From: Eledone cirrhosa
Taxonomy: Eukaryota
Reading direction: 5' to 3'
DNA length: 64,000 nucleotides
Assembly (NCBI GenBank): GCA_964016885.1
Contig: OZ024758.1
Location: forward strand, 10,726,001 to 10,790,000
The notes below the pieces were generated by a model, which searched no databases, was not told the origin of the DNA, and saw only the letters and a list, made by a program, of their open reading frames with translations. Of this stretch, positions 27,774-42,172 are shown piece after piece (the stretch's first letter is position 1; the number at the start of each line of letters is the position of its first letter). The position numbers and the translations under genes were made by a program.

Positions 27774-27925
27774 TCTTTCTAACATTGGCACAAGGCCAGC
27801 AATTTGAGAGAAGGGGAAAGTTGAATGTATCGACCCAGTGCCAGGAACTTCAATGGTACTTTATTTTATGGACACCGGAAGAATGAAAGCCAAAGTTGAT
27901 TTCGGTGGGATTTGAATACAGAACT
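27774..27925 (-). mobile_element. Diverged S1-related SINE
   Basis: ggcacaaggccagcaatt...ggtactttatttta...aatgaaagccaaagttga...gggatttgaa. Confidence 0.8.
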
Positions 27926-27946
27926 TGGCATTGGTAAGAGTTTATT

Positions 27947-28040
27947 TTAAAGCAATGATAATGTCACATCTATCTCAGTGGCGGTGGGAGTACTATCGGT
28001 ATCATTTATTTGATTTTTACTGAGAATATATTGGCTAAAA

Positions 28041-28091
<51 letters not shown>

Positions 28092-28180
28092 GCAATGATA
28101 ATGTCACATCTATCTCAGTGGCGGTGGGAGTACTATCGGTATCATTTATTTGCTTTTTACTGAGAATATATTGGCTAAAA

Positions 28181-28182
<2 letters not shown>
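27947..28182. repeat. 96-bp direct duplication separated by (TA)n
   Basis: 27947-28042 and 28087-28182 differ at one position; each copy is followed by (TA)n. Confidence 0.95.
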
Positions 28183-28233
<51 letters not shown>

Positions 28234-29574
28234 TGCGTGTGTGTATGTATATATGGATATGTATATGAGAGAGAGAGACCAGATGCTAAACGGAAGGGTA
28301 GATAATATCGAGATATATATAGACAGACCACTCCCCCTGGTGGTAGCCTCTAATCATATCAAGTGTACTTGAAGCATTACCAAAAGCAAATTAGCAGACA
28401 AGGTAAATATACAAGTTGTGATAACATTTTCAATAAAGGCAACAGAACCTATTATCTTTTGTAACTTTACACTAACTAATATATTCATATTCATGCTAAA
28501 ATACTTGGCTCGCAGTCATGTAAATATTTGATCATGTGTATTAAGAAAGGATTTCAGAAATTTTTTTTTTGTTTTGTTTCGTTTCGTTTTTCGTGTGTTT
28601 TTGTATGTATGTGTGTTGTATTTTTTGGTGGAAGTGTGTGTCTATGAGTGTTTCCTTTAACGATCTTTTATTGGTAGCTCAAATATTTATAGATCTTGAT
28701 TATGTAGAGATTCTATTTTATAATCCGTACATCGAGTTTTTCCACATTGGTCGATATTGGCTGACATGTGTCGGCTTAGTATCGTAATGACAAAATGTAG
28801 CGGGTTGGTAGCGATGTATAATGATTTATAACAAAAATATAATATGCTGCTGTCAATACATATTTTTTCTACTATTTTATTCCTTTTCTTTAACAGATTT
28901 CTTGGACAATTTCAATCAATTCATTTTCAGATTTATTCTTAAGTTATATACCATTAATCTTTCGCGTATCGTACCTTAATAATTTAAAGATGTTAATCTT
29001 TTTAACAGGATGTATGCACAAGAAAACTGTTCATATAATTAAATTCGTCGGATTAGATACAAGCTGATCCTAATCTTGTTTAGGAATGATGTGACGTTCC
29101 CAAGAATATTAATGACGATTTTACTGAACGTAGTGAGAAATCTACCCTCATTTCCACACTGCTAGAAACGCAATAGACGAATCTGTTTCGCTCTCTCTCT
29201 CTCTCTCTGTATGAATGCGTCTGTCTGTTTGTCTGTGTGTGTCTGTCTATGGGACTGTGTGTATATATGTGCATCTGAATATGTGACTGTAATACTGGAA
29301 ATCTCTAATATGTAGATGTAGAGCATATATATAAGAACTATCATGAAGCTAGTCAGTCACTCTCACTCATGTTATATTAAGTATTTTCAGATTATGCAAC
29401 ACCACACTATACCGCTTCAGATTAAGGCATTAATGCTGATGTGACCTTAGGTCGATTCGAACTCGTCGTACAGAGAACCCGAACAAATAGCCAGACTCTT
29501 ATGTCTCAACCAAAGAGCAGAAGCAACAAAAAATAAAAAATATGAAAAACTTTTGAATTAAAATATTCTTTTCA

Positions 29575-29862
<288 letters not shown>

Positions 29863-29885
29863 ACGGACACTCTATCTCAAAATTA

Positions 29886-29922
29886 TTTTTGAAAAGCATT
29901 TAGAAATGCGCAACCGGTAAAA
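29886..29922 (+). ncRNA. Family E U3-A8 hammerhead, probably inactivated (GAAA to GCAA)
   Basis: TTT-TTGAAAA-GCATT-TAGA-AATGC-GCAA-CCG-GTA-AAA; stems covary with the 3007 copy. Confidence 0.65.
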
Positions 29923-30040
29923 ACTTAAAAACTTAAAACCACAACTGAATACTAACCCATACAATTACTAATACTCTTTTATTCCTAATTAAACCATTTT
30001 TCAACTGTGAACAATTTGTCAGCATTTTCTATTCCGTTTA

Positions 30041-30083
<43 letters not shown>

Positions 30084-30118
30084 TTGAAAATTGCAAACTC
30101 GACTGTCACCACATATCA

Positions 30119-30157
30119 TGAACCTGAAGATTGCGAAAGCATGAAAGTACTTGTTCA
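30119..30157 (+). ncRNA. Type-I hammerhead ribozyme motif
   Basis: TGAAC-CTGAAGA-T-TGC-GAAA-GCA-T-GAAA-GTA-CTT-GTTCA: perfect 5-bp stem I, GAAA-tetraloop stem II, palindromic AGTACT, CUU triplet. Confidence 0.8.
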
Positions 30158-30271
30158 ATTAACACTTAGAATTTAATATTCTATCATACTATTTCATTAT
30201 AATACCATTATATATATTTTAAAGGATTGCAAATAAAACGAGTAAATCAGACAAAGTTGGAATTCCTCTTA

Positions 30272-30314
<43 letters not shown>

Positions 30315-30505
30315 GGAAAAAGCCATGACGATTCGTTTACATATATACATACACACATATATATATGTGTGCATGTATGTATATATATATATATACATAC
30401 ATACTACTGTACGTCTGTATACATATATAAATGTACGTATACATACCTATATTTAAGTAACAGCCGTACTAAGATTTAGAAATAAAATTTCGTTTCATTT
30501 TATCC

Positions 30506-30541
<36 letters not shown>

Positions 30542-30677
30542 GGAAAAAATAAAACGAAATTTGATCATGCTTTATTTTTATTTTTATTTTTAATTTCATT
30601 CGCACCGTTTCCTTTCGCTATATGTCTCTCCACCACTCCCCTTCACACCCTTTGAACTCTGTTCCCACACACTTCTT

Positions 30678-30709
30678 ACCTGAGGAAGGGCTTATGCCCG
30701 AAACGTCGT
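30678..30709 (+). ncRNA. Minimal hammerhead motif (family D)
   Basis: AC-CTGAGGA-A-GGGC-TTAT-GCCC-GAAAC-GTC-GT; homologous to 51703-51738; stem I only 2 bp. Confidence 0.65.
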
Positions 30710-30820
30710 CCCCCACCAACACCCCACTCCCCAGAGCGTGAAATTAATAAACATTCGTTGTACTGCCTCTCTGTTTTGTTCCTGTTCAAATTTTTCCATT
30801 ATATATATATATATATATAT

Positions 30821-30980
30821 ACTCTTTTACTCTTTTACCTGTTTCAGCCATCCGGCTGAGGCCATGCTGGGGCACCGCCCTTGAAAGAATGGAGTAAAAC
30901 TCTTAGAGTTCCCATGCCGGGAATCGAACCCGGGCCTCCTGGTTGAAGGCCAGGAATCCTAACCACTAGACCACATGGAA
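30821..30980 (-). mobile_element. SINE with near-intact tRNA-Glu(TTC) head and (GTAAAAGA)n tail, inserted in (TA)n
   Basis: tRNA head 30980-30909 continues into ...ggcggtgccccagcatggcc...gaaacaggtaaaagagtaaaagagt; no T-run terminator directly after the tRNA. Confidence 0.8.
30909..30980 (-). tRNA. tRNA-Glu(TTC)-like cloverleaf (SINE head or pseudo-tRNA)
   Basis: 72 nt; acceptor TTCCATG/CATGGGA, anticodon stem CCTGG/CCAGG with loop CC-TTC-AA, T arm CCGGG-TTCGATT-CCCGG; position 33 is C rather than U. Confidence 0.7.
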
Positions 30981-32437
30981 AACCATATATATATATATAT
31001 ATTCATAAACGGACAATGACGCACCGCGATAATTATTTGTATTGAAATTTTTTGAGGGAGAATGTAAAATGCCAAGCGTGGCTTTGTGTTGACTACACAA
31101 TGACACTGGCATAACGGATATACTAATGCGTATCTCATTAACTTCTTGTTTAGAGAGTTCATCTCTATTAGCATAGAATTGAATATGCAAGATGTTCTAG
31201 TCGATTAACTGAGACGTTGGCCATATGATACCATCGTTAATTAGATGTTCTCTACTTCATATCAGTAGTTTATACAATCGGCAGCTGGACTCCAAGGGAA
31301 TAACCACAATGACCATAGCCTGCTTATGTATGGTCACGATATCATCGAATTATGGTCGAAATGACAGCTTATGTTGGGTTTAAACAGATGACAAGACTAT
31401 CTGCGAATACATAACATATAAAGATGTAGAGACGAGCAAACCCCATCCCCCCTATACACACTAACGTATAAGCGAGTGTGCATGTATATATATGTATATA
31501 TATATATATGTGTATATATATATGTATATATATATATATATAAATGTTTGTATGCATGTCTTTATATATATATATGAATACTTATGCATGTATGTATGAA
31601 TGCATATATAATTATATATATAGATATACATTTGTATATATGTATATATATCTGTGTATGCATATGTGTACATGTATATGCATAGGTGTATATGCATATA
31701 TATATATGTATACACACACACACACATGTATATATATATATATGTGTGTGTGTGTGTACATCCACACGTCCACATTTACATATGTTCATTAATTTCTTAA
31801 CATTTCCTGTGTCAATTACATTTTTGTTCCTTTTATGTACTTCAGTATCATTTACACATTTCTTTACTGTATATGATTAACATAAATACATGCCACCATA
31901 CATGTTGATTACTTCTTTCTCTGTTTCCTTCTATATATTTCTTTTTAGCTATATTTTCTCGTTTACTGCTCTACTTATGAGAACTCTATCCACATATAAC
32001 CTCCCTATCCACGTATAAAATACAACATTATATACGACATGTAAATATGTTAGCTTAACTAAATATTTCCCATGTATTTATAACTTTCCCCCTTGTTTTC
32101 TAAATATATGTACACATGCTGATTTTGTTGCGAATTGTTTTAGCAGCCTATGTGTGATGTATTGCACTGCGCAACTCATAGAAAACTATAACCGATAGCA
32201 TTGGTGAACAACACATCTATACTCTACAAAATATGTCATAAATATTGAATTTAAGAGCTACGAATGAATATTTTCCGCCTTGGAAACTCAATATCTTCAG
32301 AAGGATTTTAAGATATACTGTTATGTAGCCAAGTGCATGTATAGTAATATGTATAAAAAAGAATTTATAGCCATGATACAATAGAGGTATGTTTCGCTAT
32401 CGGCGGCCATAGACAGTTTCTTTTCCAACAATTCTAG

Positions 32438-32509
32438 ACGAGAGATTCACGCTGGCTGACTTCGAGAACTTCGATGACCTTTGTTCTCTATCCCAGAGGA
32501 CAATATCGA
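32438..32509 (+). CDS. Candidate 72-nt internal exon of an unidentified host gene
   Basis: Pyrimidine tract tttcttttccaacaattctAG, donor GTAAGT, length divisible by 3, GC/CpG-enriched; open as ERFTLADFENFDDLCSLSQRTIS. No homology recognised. Confidence 0.4.
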
Positions 32510-35100
32510 GTAAGTTCTCTTCGTAGAGGATTGCAATTTCTATTTGAAACTTTTAACGGTGTTCTTTGTTTTTAAAGATTTCAAAACAATATGGTTTTGA
32601 CGGTCTTTTGGGCTAAGACAATTTCTTCTTTGAATAACATTGTCAACACTCCAGAATATTCCCATCGATAAATGGTCAAGCTTCTGATTATTGTAGTTTT
32701 TAGTCACAGTTGAGAAGACCAGAATATCAAATATTTATGGAATTAGATATATAATGAAAATTGCTAGAAGAGAATATAACAGAATATTGTATTGTGTTTG
32801 TTTATATATATGTGTATTCAACGATATATGTCTGTATATTCAGCGAGTGAATAGAGATCAATGAAAAGAGAGATAGCTCGATACGTGATTAATTTCTCGG
32901 CAATAGAAATGTCCTGCCTAGTATCTTGTATAATACCATTTAAGGAAGATAATTCCAAGTTCATACGTATGATACTGCGATATCGAAAGTTTATTGAAAT
33001 TGGTTTATAATCGAAAATTTCTAAATGAAAAGTAAAAAATTTACATTAAATCTATGAACAGACATTATCCAAAATTTGAGAATGATGTAGAAATGATTTG
33101 ATTAAAATACAGGTGCTACTTGTATTAGATTTAGTGCACAGGTGAAAAGTAAACATGATATTAGCAGAAATTAAACTTAGAAACTAGCAGAATGTAGACT
33201 TTCAAAGTCAGCAAAATATGTTTAAAATCAGATACCTCATTTAGAAACACAATTCTGTCTTAGTATGATATCAAATTTATTAATAAATTAAAAAATATAG
33301 TAAAAGGTACAAATGAAAATTGCCAAATATCATATTGTATTTTTCTTATTGATAGAAATCTATCGATATTCAATGAATTAAGAAAGGTCTATATTTGTTA
33401 AAATAAAGTCAATATAGAATGGCGTGATATAATAATGTTTTATGAGTTATTTTTAACATAGTCTCCACCGATAAATATATGAAATAAGTTGATTTCATAA
33501 CCCTCCCCGTCCTACCCCTGCACCTTTGAATTCAATCGACATATGGCGGGTATATATGGGAATATTACTTTAGAAGAAAGCAGAATACCCTGTCTACGCT
33601 TTCATATGTCTCATAATACACAATAAAATTCATTTTCAGAAAGAATATTTTATTAGTTTTTATTTTACTTTTCTCCTCGTATCTCAAAGAAATGCTGACA
33701 CAAATGATGGAGTGTTTAAAGTAATGGAAAATCTAATGTGTTGTTAATTCAAATCTACTGCAGAAAAGACATTGAAAAACATCATTATGCTATGGGTGAA
33801 ATCTCCACTGAACGTCACGGCTATATTGACCGATTGACCAAATATATACAACATATCAAAGATTGATGTGCAATGTCTTATAAGATAGAATTATTAAATC
33901 AAGGAGACTGAGAACTAAAACGGTTAAAAGATTTTTGTCGTTGCAACATATCATTATAGCAACATATACTTAATATATATCGGACAGACTGCATATTTCG
34001 TTATATTCCATTATTTCAACGAATAATCTTGCTATAGCAATACTTGCTTGAGAGCAGAAATCAGCTATTTAAGCTACCAACATATAATATAGAAGGGTTA
34101 GATATATTATAGCTAAACGCTAATGTAATTTACATCGAATATTTGCATTAAAATAGCCAGTTGTATAAACAAAATAATTCCTCTGTAATCGATTAATGTA
34201 ATAATGAATCAACTAATCTTTTGGGCATGTTAAAACATTGATGAAATGATAATTATTTCCAAGTAAATATCATATAGTAATAGTCATGTGAGGAAAACAA
34301 ATTTCTTAAATTCAATTAAGAAACTGTTCTCTTATTACAGAGAGAAATTATTCCGTAGATTAAATGTATTATTCTAGAAATGAGTTCCGCATTAAACCGA
34401 GAATATTTTGGTATTGAAAGAAAGGCTTCGATTTCATATTTAAAAGCAATGCAGTAAATCCAATAAATATAGATATTAGTTTTCTGCATTTTCATCCTTT
34501 GTATTCTAAAATTATCTCATATTTATCCTATATCAGATGTTTCCAACGTTTTCACGTCCAGTTAGGACCATGAGGTGCTCGCACCTGGTGGTCTCTATAC
34601 CAGAGAGCCTCTTCCCACATTTGAAGAGGAATATAGTGAAGAGATCTTTTGTTGATATTCATTGATGAAACAATTTGAAATGTTCTGTTGTTATTCTTGA
34701 AATAAAATCTAATCCATATAACACTTCTAATGATCATAAAGCTGTAATGTCGTTCACCAGTCTGATACATGATCGATTACAGTTGTTAAAGGAAAAGGTG
34801 AATAGTCGATAATACAATTCGCTTCAACTAAGAAATTATTAGTTTGCTAGAAGCAGGTTAGAACTAAACCCAATAACACAGTTTAAAAGTATCAGAAGAT
34901 TTTGTATTATGTTTCAGATGTATTGTAATGCGATAGTGCATATCTTGTTGAAGTCAAAAATACATTAGCTTGCTCTGTTGCACCACTGCACCCTGATTTT
35001 GGTTTCCCTACCATTATAATTGGTAGTAGCACAGCTATGTGCAGCTATGCACATGTGAATTTAGTATCAGCAATTGATAAGAATGATGCTAATGGACAGA

Positions 35101-35320
35101 TAAACGTATCACAACGGAATTCTTGTAATATACAGAAACATCACAACGAAATTCTTGTAATTAATAAACAGAAATATTACAAAGAAATCCACGAAAGTCA
35201 TAAACATATAAACATCGTAACAGAATGTATATAGCTCATAAACATAGAAACATCGCAAGGATATTTATGTAACTCATAGACATTTAAACACCGCAAGGCA
35301 ATGCATGTGACTAATAGATA
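35101..35320. repeat. Degenerate minisatellite of about 35-40 bp
   Basis: Recurrent aaacatc.caa.g.a.t..ttgtaa-like unit. Confidence 0.55.
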
Positions 35321-35598
35321 TAGGAGAATATAAATTATTTCTCCGAGACCAAACTTCTATAAAGCTGTTATGTAAAAGCCAAGTGTGAGTAATCTAGAAT
35401 AGTCATATTTTTCACTCGTAGCTATTTAACGGTAAATTTTTGTATATTAAAAAACACCTTGCTACTTCTTTTCTATAACGCTAATGAATTCAAATAAATA
35501 ATATTGGGGTTTTGTAAAAGTCACCATGACATATACAAGATTAGATATATAGATGTAATGTAGCACGAGTTGTGTTATTTTGCTTGGCGCTTCCAGCA

Positions 35599-35634
<36 letters not shown>

Positions 35635-35636
35635 GT

Positions 35637-35670
<34 letters not shown>

Positions 35671-36599
35671 GTGGTATATATATATATATATATATATATT
35701 ATGTGGTATATATATATATATATTATGTGGTATATATATATATACACACACACACACATGATATAGAAAGCGAGAAGGAGAGAAAGAAAAAGAGACATAG
35801 ATACATGCCTACCTATATACAAAATTGTATATACGAAAAAAATATGTTTGTGCAAATTTCGAGAGGGGAATTATGTAAATATGCAGAGATATTGTGACGG
35901 GAGTCAATAGAAGTATTAGACATTTTGAAATATATATTAAAATTGAGTACTTCTCAAAAATATAAAGCTATTTCTCATTTTATCTGAAACACCTTTATTG
36001 AAATGTTCACTTCTGCGATAACAAAAAGCAATATCTCTTAAACTTTCTAGTGAAACTTCTTATGTTTAAAAACAAAAACACACACAAAAAATGGAATCGA
36101 AGAGAAATATTTGAGACAAGAAAGTATAACCACTTAAACTTCAAATGTGATTCAGGATTTACGAAATACTGTTGCTTGCCAAATCGTTTTAAACAGATAG
36201 CTAAATAATCAATGCTGAATTTTATAATATTTCTACTTGATATATCAATATAATCACTTTACACTAAAGAAAAATCAAAGTAGGGAAACGGAAAAACGTA
36301 GGGTTAATTCATAAGCTTTTAGGATCATGTATCAAGAAAAATAAAAGTGTTAAAGCTTTTTACTGCATGTTTCTAGGAAGGTTTATCTGGGCAAGAAGCC
36401 AAGGCAGATCAAAATAATTGCGTTTATCTTGAGGTAGCATAAACTACTTTAACAATTTCAAACAACTTACACCCGCACAGAAACACACACATACATACGA
36501 AACACGCGCGCAAAAACACACTCATGTATATATACATATATATAGAAAGAGCGAGACACACTGCCCCCCCCCCCCCACCAAATACACACACACACACAT

Positions 36600-39610
<3,011 letters not shown>

Positions 39611-39816
39611 TTCATAGGCACACCCCAACATGCATACACATTGATAGATACACTCACATACACATTTCCAGACAATTACATATTTGTTGATAAACACACA
39701 GCTTCAGTAAAACATTGTTTTGTCCTGTGATAAACTTTTTTTTTTTTTTATATTACGAGAAGAAGAAATCACGTTTGTGACCACCATCACACAGACACAG
39801 GTATATCTACACTCCA

Positions 39817-39847
<31 letters not shown>

Positions 39848-40117
39848 GGAGGAGGTTATAGTTCACTTGAAGCATTGTGTAATGAGGTATAAACGTTTGA
39901 ATATGTATAATAAAGCCAAAACAATGCAGGTATGGACATAGAAAAAAGAATGCAAATGCAAAAGATATTGTTGACAATTCGTCTTTTACCTTAGATTTAT
40001 TTAAATGTCCTAAATAAATCTAAGGCAAAAGACGAATTGTCAACAATATCTTTTGCATTTGCATTCTTTTTTCTATGTCCATACCTGCATTGTTTTGGCT
40101 TTATTATACATATTCAA

Positions 40118-40119
<2 letters not shown>
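39848..40119 (-). mobile_element. Fold-back PLE remnant, family B copy 2
   Basis: 39848-40010 is the reverse complement of about 9279-9436 (tail included); inverted arm 40011-40119. Confidence 0.88.
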
Positions 40120-40157
<38 letters not shown>

Positions 40158-40373
40158 ATTATTATTATTATAGGTATTCCTCGAAGCTGAATCTTCAATA
40201 GGGTTGATATAGTCGAATTATTTGAGGTAGTCACAAAGCACTCAATGGTGCGAAAAATTAATAAATTTCTCGACCAGTGTAAATACCTAAAGTTATATAA
40301 GGTGAAACCATGAATATATTGAATAGGTGTATGTAGTCATCGTATATTACCACAACTACGAAATAATAGGGAA

Positions 40374-40406
<33 letters not shown>

Positions 40407-40491
40407 GAGAGTACAAATGATAGAAAACAGCGATGAAGACAAAAATGTTGAGCACCTATGTTAATAGTTTGACTTAACTTCGAACTACTGC

Positions 40492-40525
<34 letters not shown>

Positions 40526-40536
40526 TTGCATACTTT

Positions 40537-40569
<33 letters not shown>

Positions 40570-40995
40570 ATGTATGTGTGTGAGAGAGAGAGAGAGAAAT
40601 AGAGAGACAATTCTTGAAATGAAATATTTTGTTGATTTTGAAGAATGTTAGGCTCTTTGCACTTAAATATTTTATCGATTTGTTCCAATAAGTTCATTGC
40701 TCATGTTTTGCAGCACACCTCTTTCATAAGTACTTTAGCGACTTGTTTAGAAAACAATTGAATATATATATATATAGAGAGTGAGAGGGTCTTTAAAAAG
40801 GCCAGGGGAGTAAATAAAGGAACACTCATATTAATTTGGCACCTATCATCACAACATAAATTAGATTTGAGATAACCGTTATCTTGAACATATGCCAGAG
40901 AAACTTGCAATGAAGACGAGCTCCCTAAACAAAAAAAAAAAGATGAAGATTTGTGTTTTCGAAATAATGTTTATTGTTTATGTTATACACACACA

Positions 40996-41026
<31 letters not shown>

Positions 41027-41028
<2 letters not shown>

Positions 41029-41219
41029 CGAAGGAAATGTGGTAAGGAACCAAGTGGACAATAACGCACCAAAGTACTCAATACTTAGGGTAGTAGAGTG
41101 GGTAATAGGAACAAATAAGACCCCGACGGCTGAGCTCAAGCCGTTTCGACGGCTAATTCTGGACGTCCAGAATTAGCCGTCGAAACGGCTTGAGCTCAGC
41201 CGTCGGGGTCTTATTTGTT

Positions 41220-41224
<5 letters not shown>
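41027..41224 (-). mobile_element. Fold-back PLE remnant, family A copy 4 (perfect 60-bp arms, no spacer)
   Basis: Centre ggac|gtcc at 41164/41165; arms 41105-41164/41165-41224 identical. Confidence 0.9.
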
Positions 41225-41266
<42 letters not shown>

Positions 41267-41487
41267 GTTTGACCCGTTTAGCTTGTTCGCTTTTTTAGGT
41301 ATGGTGGTTAATGGCTTCTTAACCATCGTTTCAGCGTGTATGACCATTTTAACTTATGTTTATAGCTCTGGTATCTTCTTCATATCCATGGACCGCTTGT
41401 CTGCACAATATGGAAGTTGGTTTCGCTAATTTCTGCCCGCCGAAATGCGATTCTCGCTAAATTTATATTTATATATATATATAGATG

Positions 41488-41538
41488 AGATTCTACAGGA
41501 CTAGAACTGTTTCATTCTTTAGAAATCATCAGGAATCT
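41488..41538 (-). ncRNA. Complete type-I hammerhead ribozyme
   Basis: Minus strand: AGATTC-CTGATGA-T-TTC-TAAA-GAA-T-GAAA-CAG-TTCTAGTC-CT-GTA-GAATCT: 6-bp stem I, stem III ACAG/CTGT, GUA triplet. Lies within a TA-flanked segment 41483-41778. Confidence 0.85.
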
Positions 41539-41777
41539 GGGTATCAAAAAATAAATATGGTATTTATAGGTCTCTTCAGGTGGGAGGAGAGGGTAGGGAG
41601 TGGGATGCGTAGAGGTCATTGGTTGATAGAAAGGGAATTCATTAAAAGCTAATTCTTCAAAGCTATAGTTTATATTTAGAGTAACAAAGGCAGAAAGAAT
41701 TTTATAAACTAATTCAGGATGGGGTGCCACTCCTTATTTTTAAGTTTCTCTTAAGCTAACAATGCCTAGATTTCAGG

Positions 41778-41819
<42 letters not shown>

Positions 41820-41821
<2 letters not shown>

Positions 41822-42026
41822 CGAAGAAAATGTGGTAAGGAACCAGGTGGACCATAACGCACCAAAGTACTCAATACTTAGGGTAGTAGAGTGGGTAATA
41901 GGAACAAGTAAGACCCCGACGGCTGAGCTCAAGCCGTTTCGACGGCTAATTCTGGACTCAAATCTTCATCAGTCCAGAATTAGCCGTCGAAACGGCTTGA
42001 GCTCAGCCGTCGGGGTCTTACTTGTT

Positions 42027-42030
<4 letters not shown>
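41820..42030 (-). mobile_element. Fold-back PLE remnant, family A copy 5
   Basis: Tail, arms 41899-41958/41971-42030, spacer caaatcttcatc; (TA)n flanks. Confidence 0.9.
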
Positions 42031-42076
<46 letters not shown>

Positions 42077-42077
<1 letters not shown>

Positions 42078-42172
42078 CCTAGTGGTAATGATGTTGGACT
42101 TACGATCATAATATCGAGGGTTAAATCCCTGGATTGGTTTGTATGTTGTGTTCTTAAGCAAAACACTTTAGT
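42077..42172 (+). mobile_element. Decayed tRNA-SINE head fragment
   Basis: gcctagtggt A-box-like, ggttaaatccc B-box-like, followed by tgtgttcttaagcaaaacacttt. Confidence 0.5.

Noticed and set aside
34565-34655. Short open frame DHEVLAPGGLYTREPLPTFEEEYSEEIFC after an AG
   Set aside because: No donor, no recognised homology; insufficient support.
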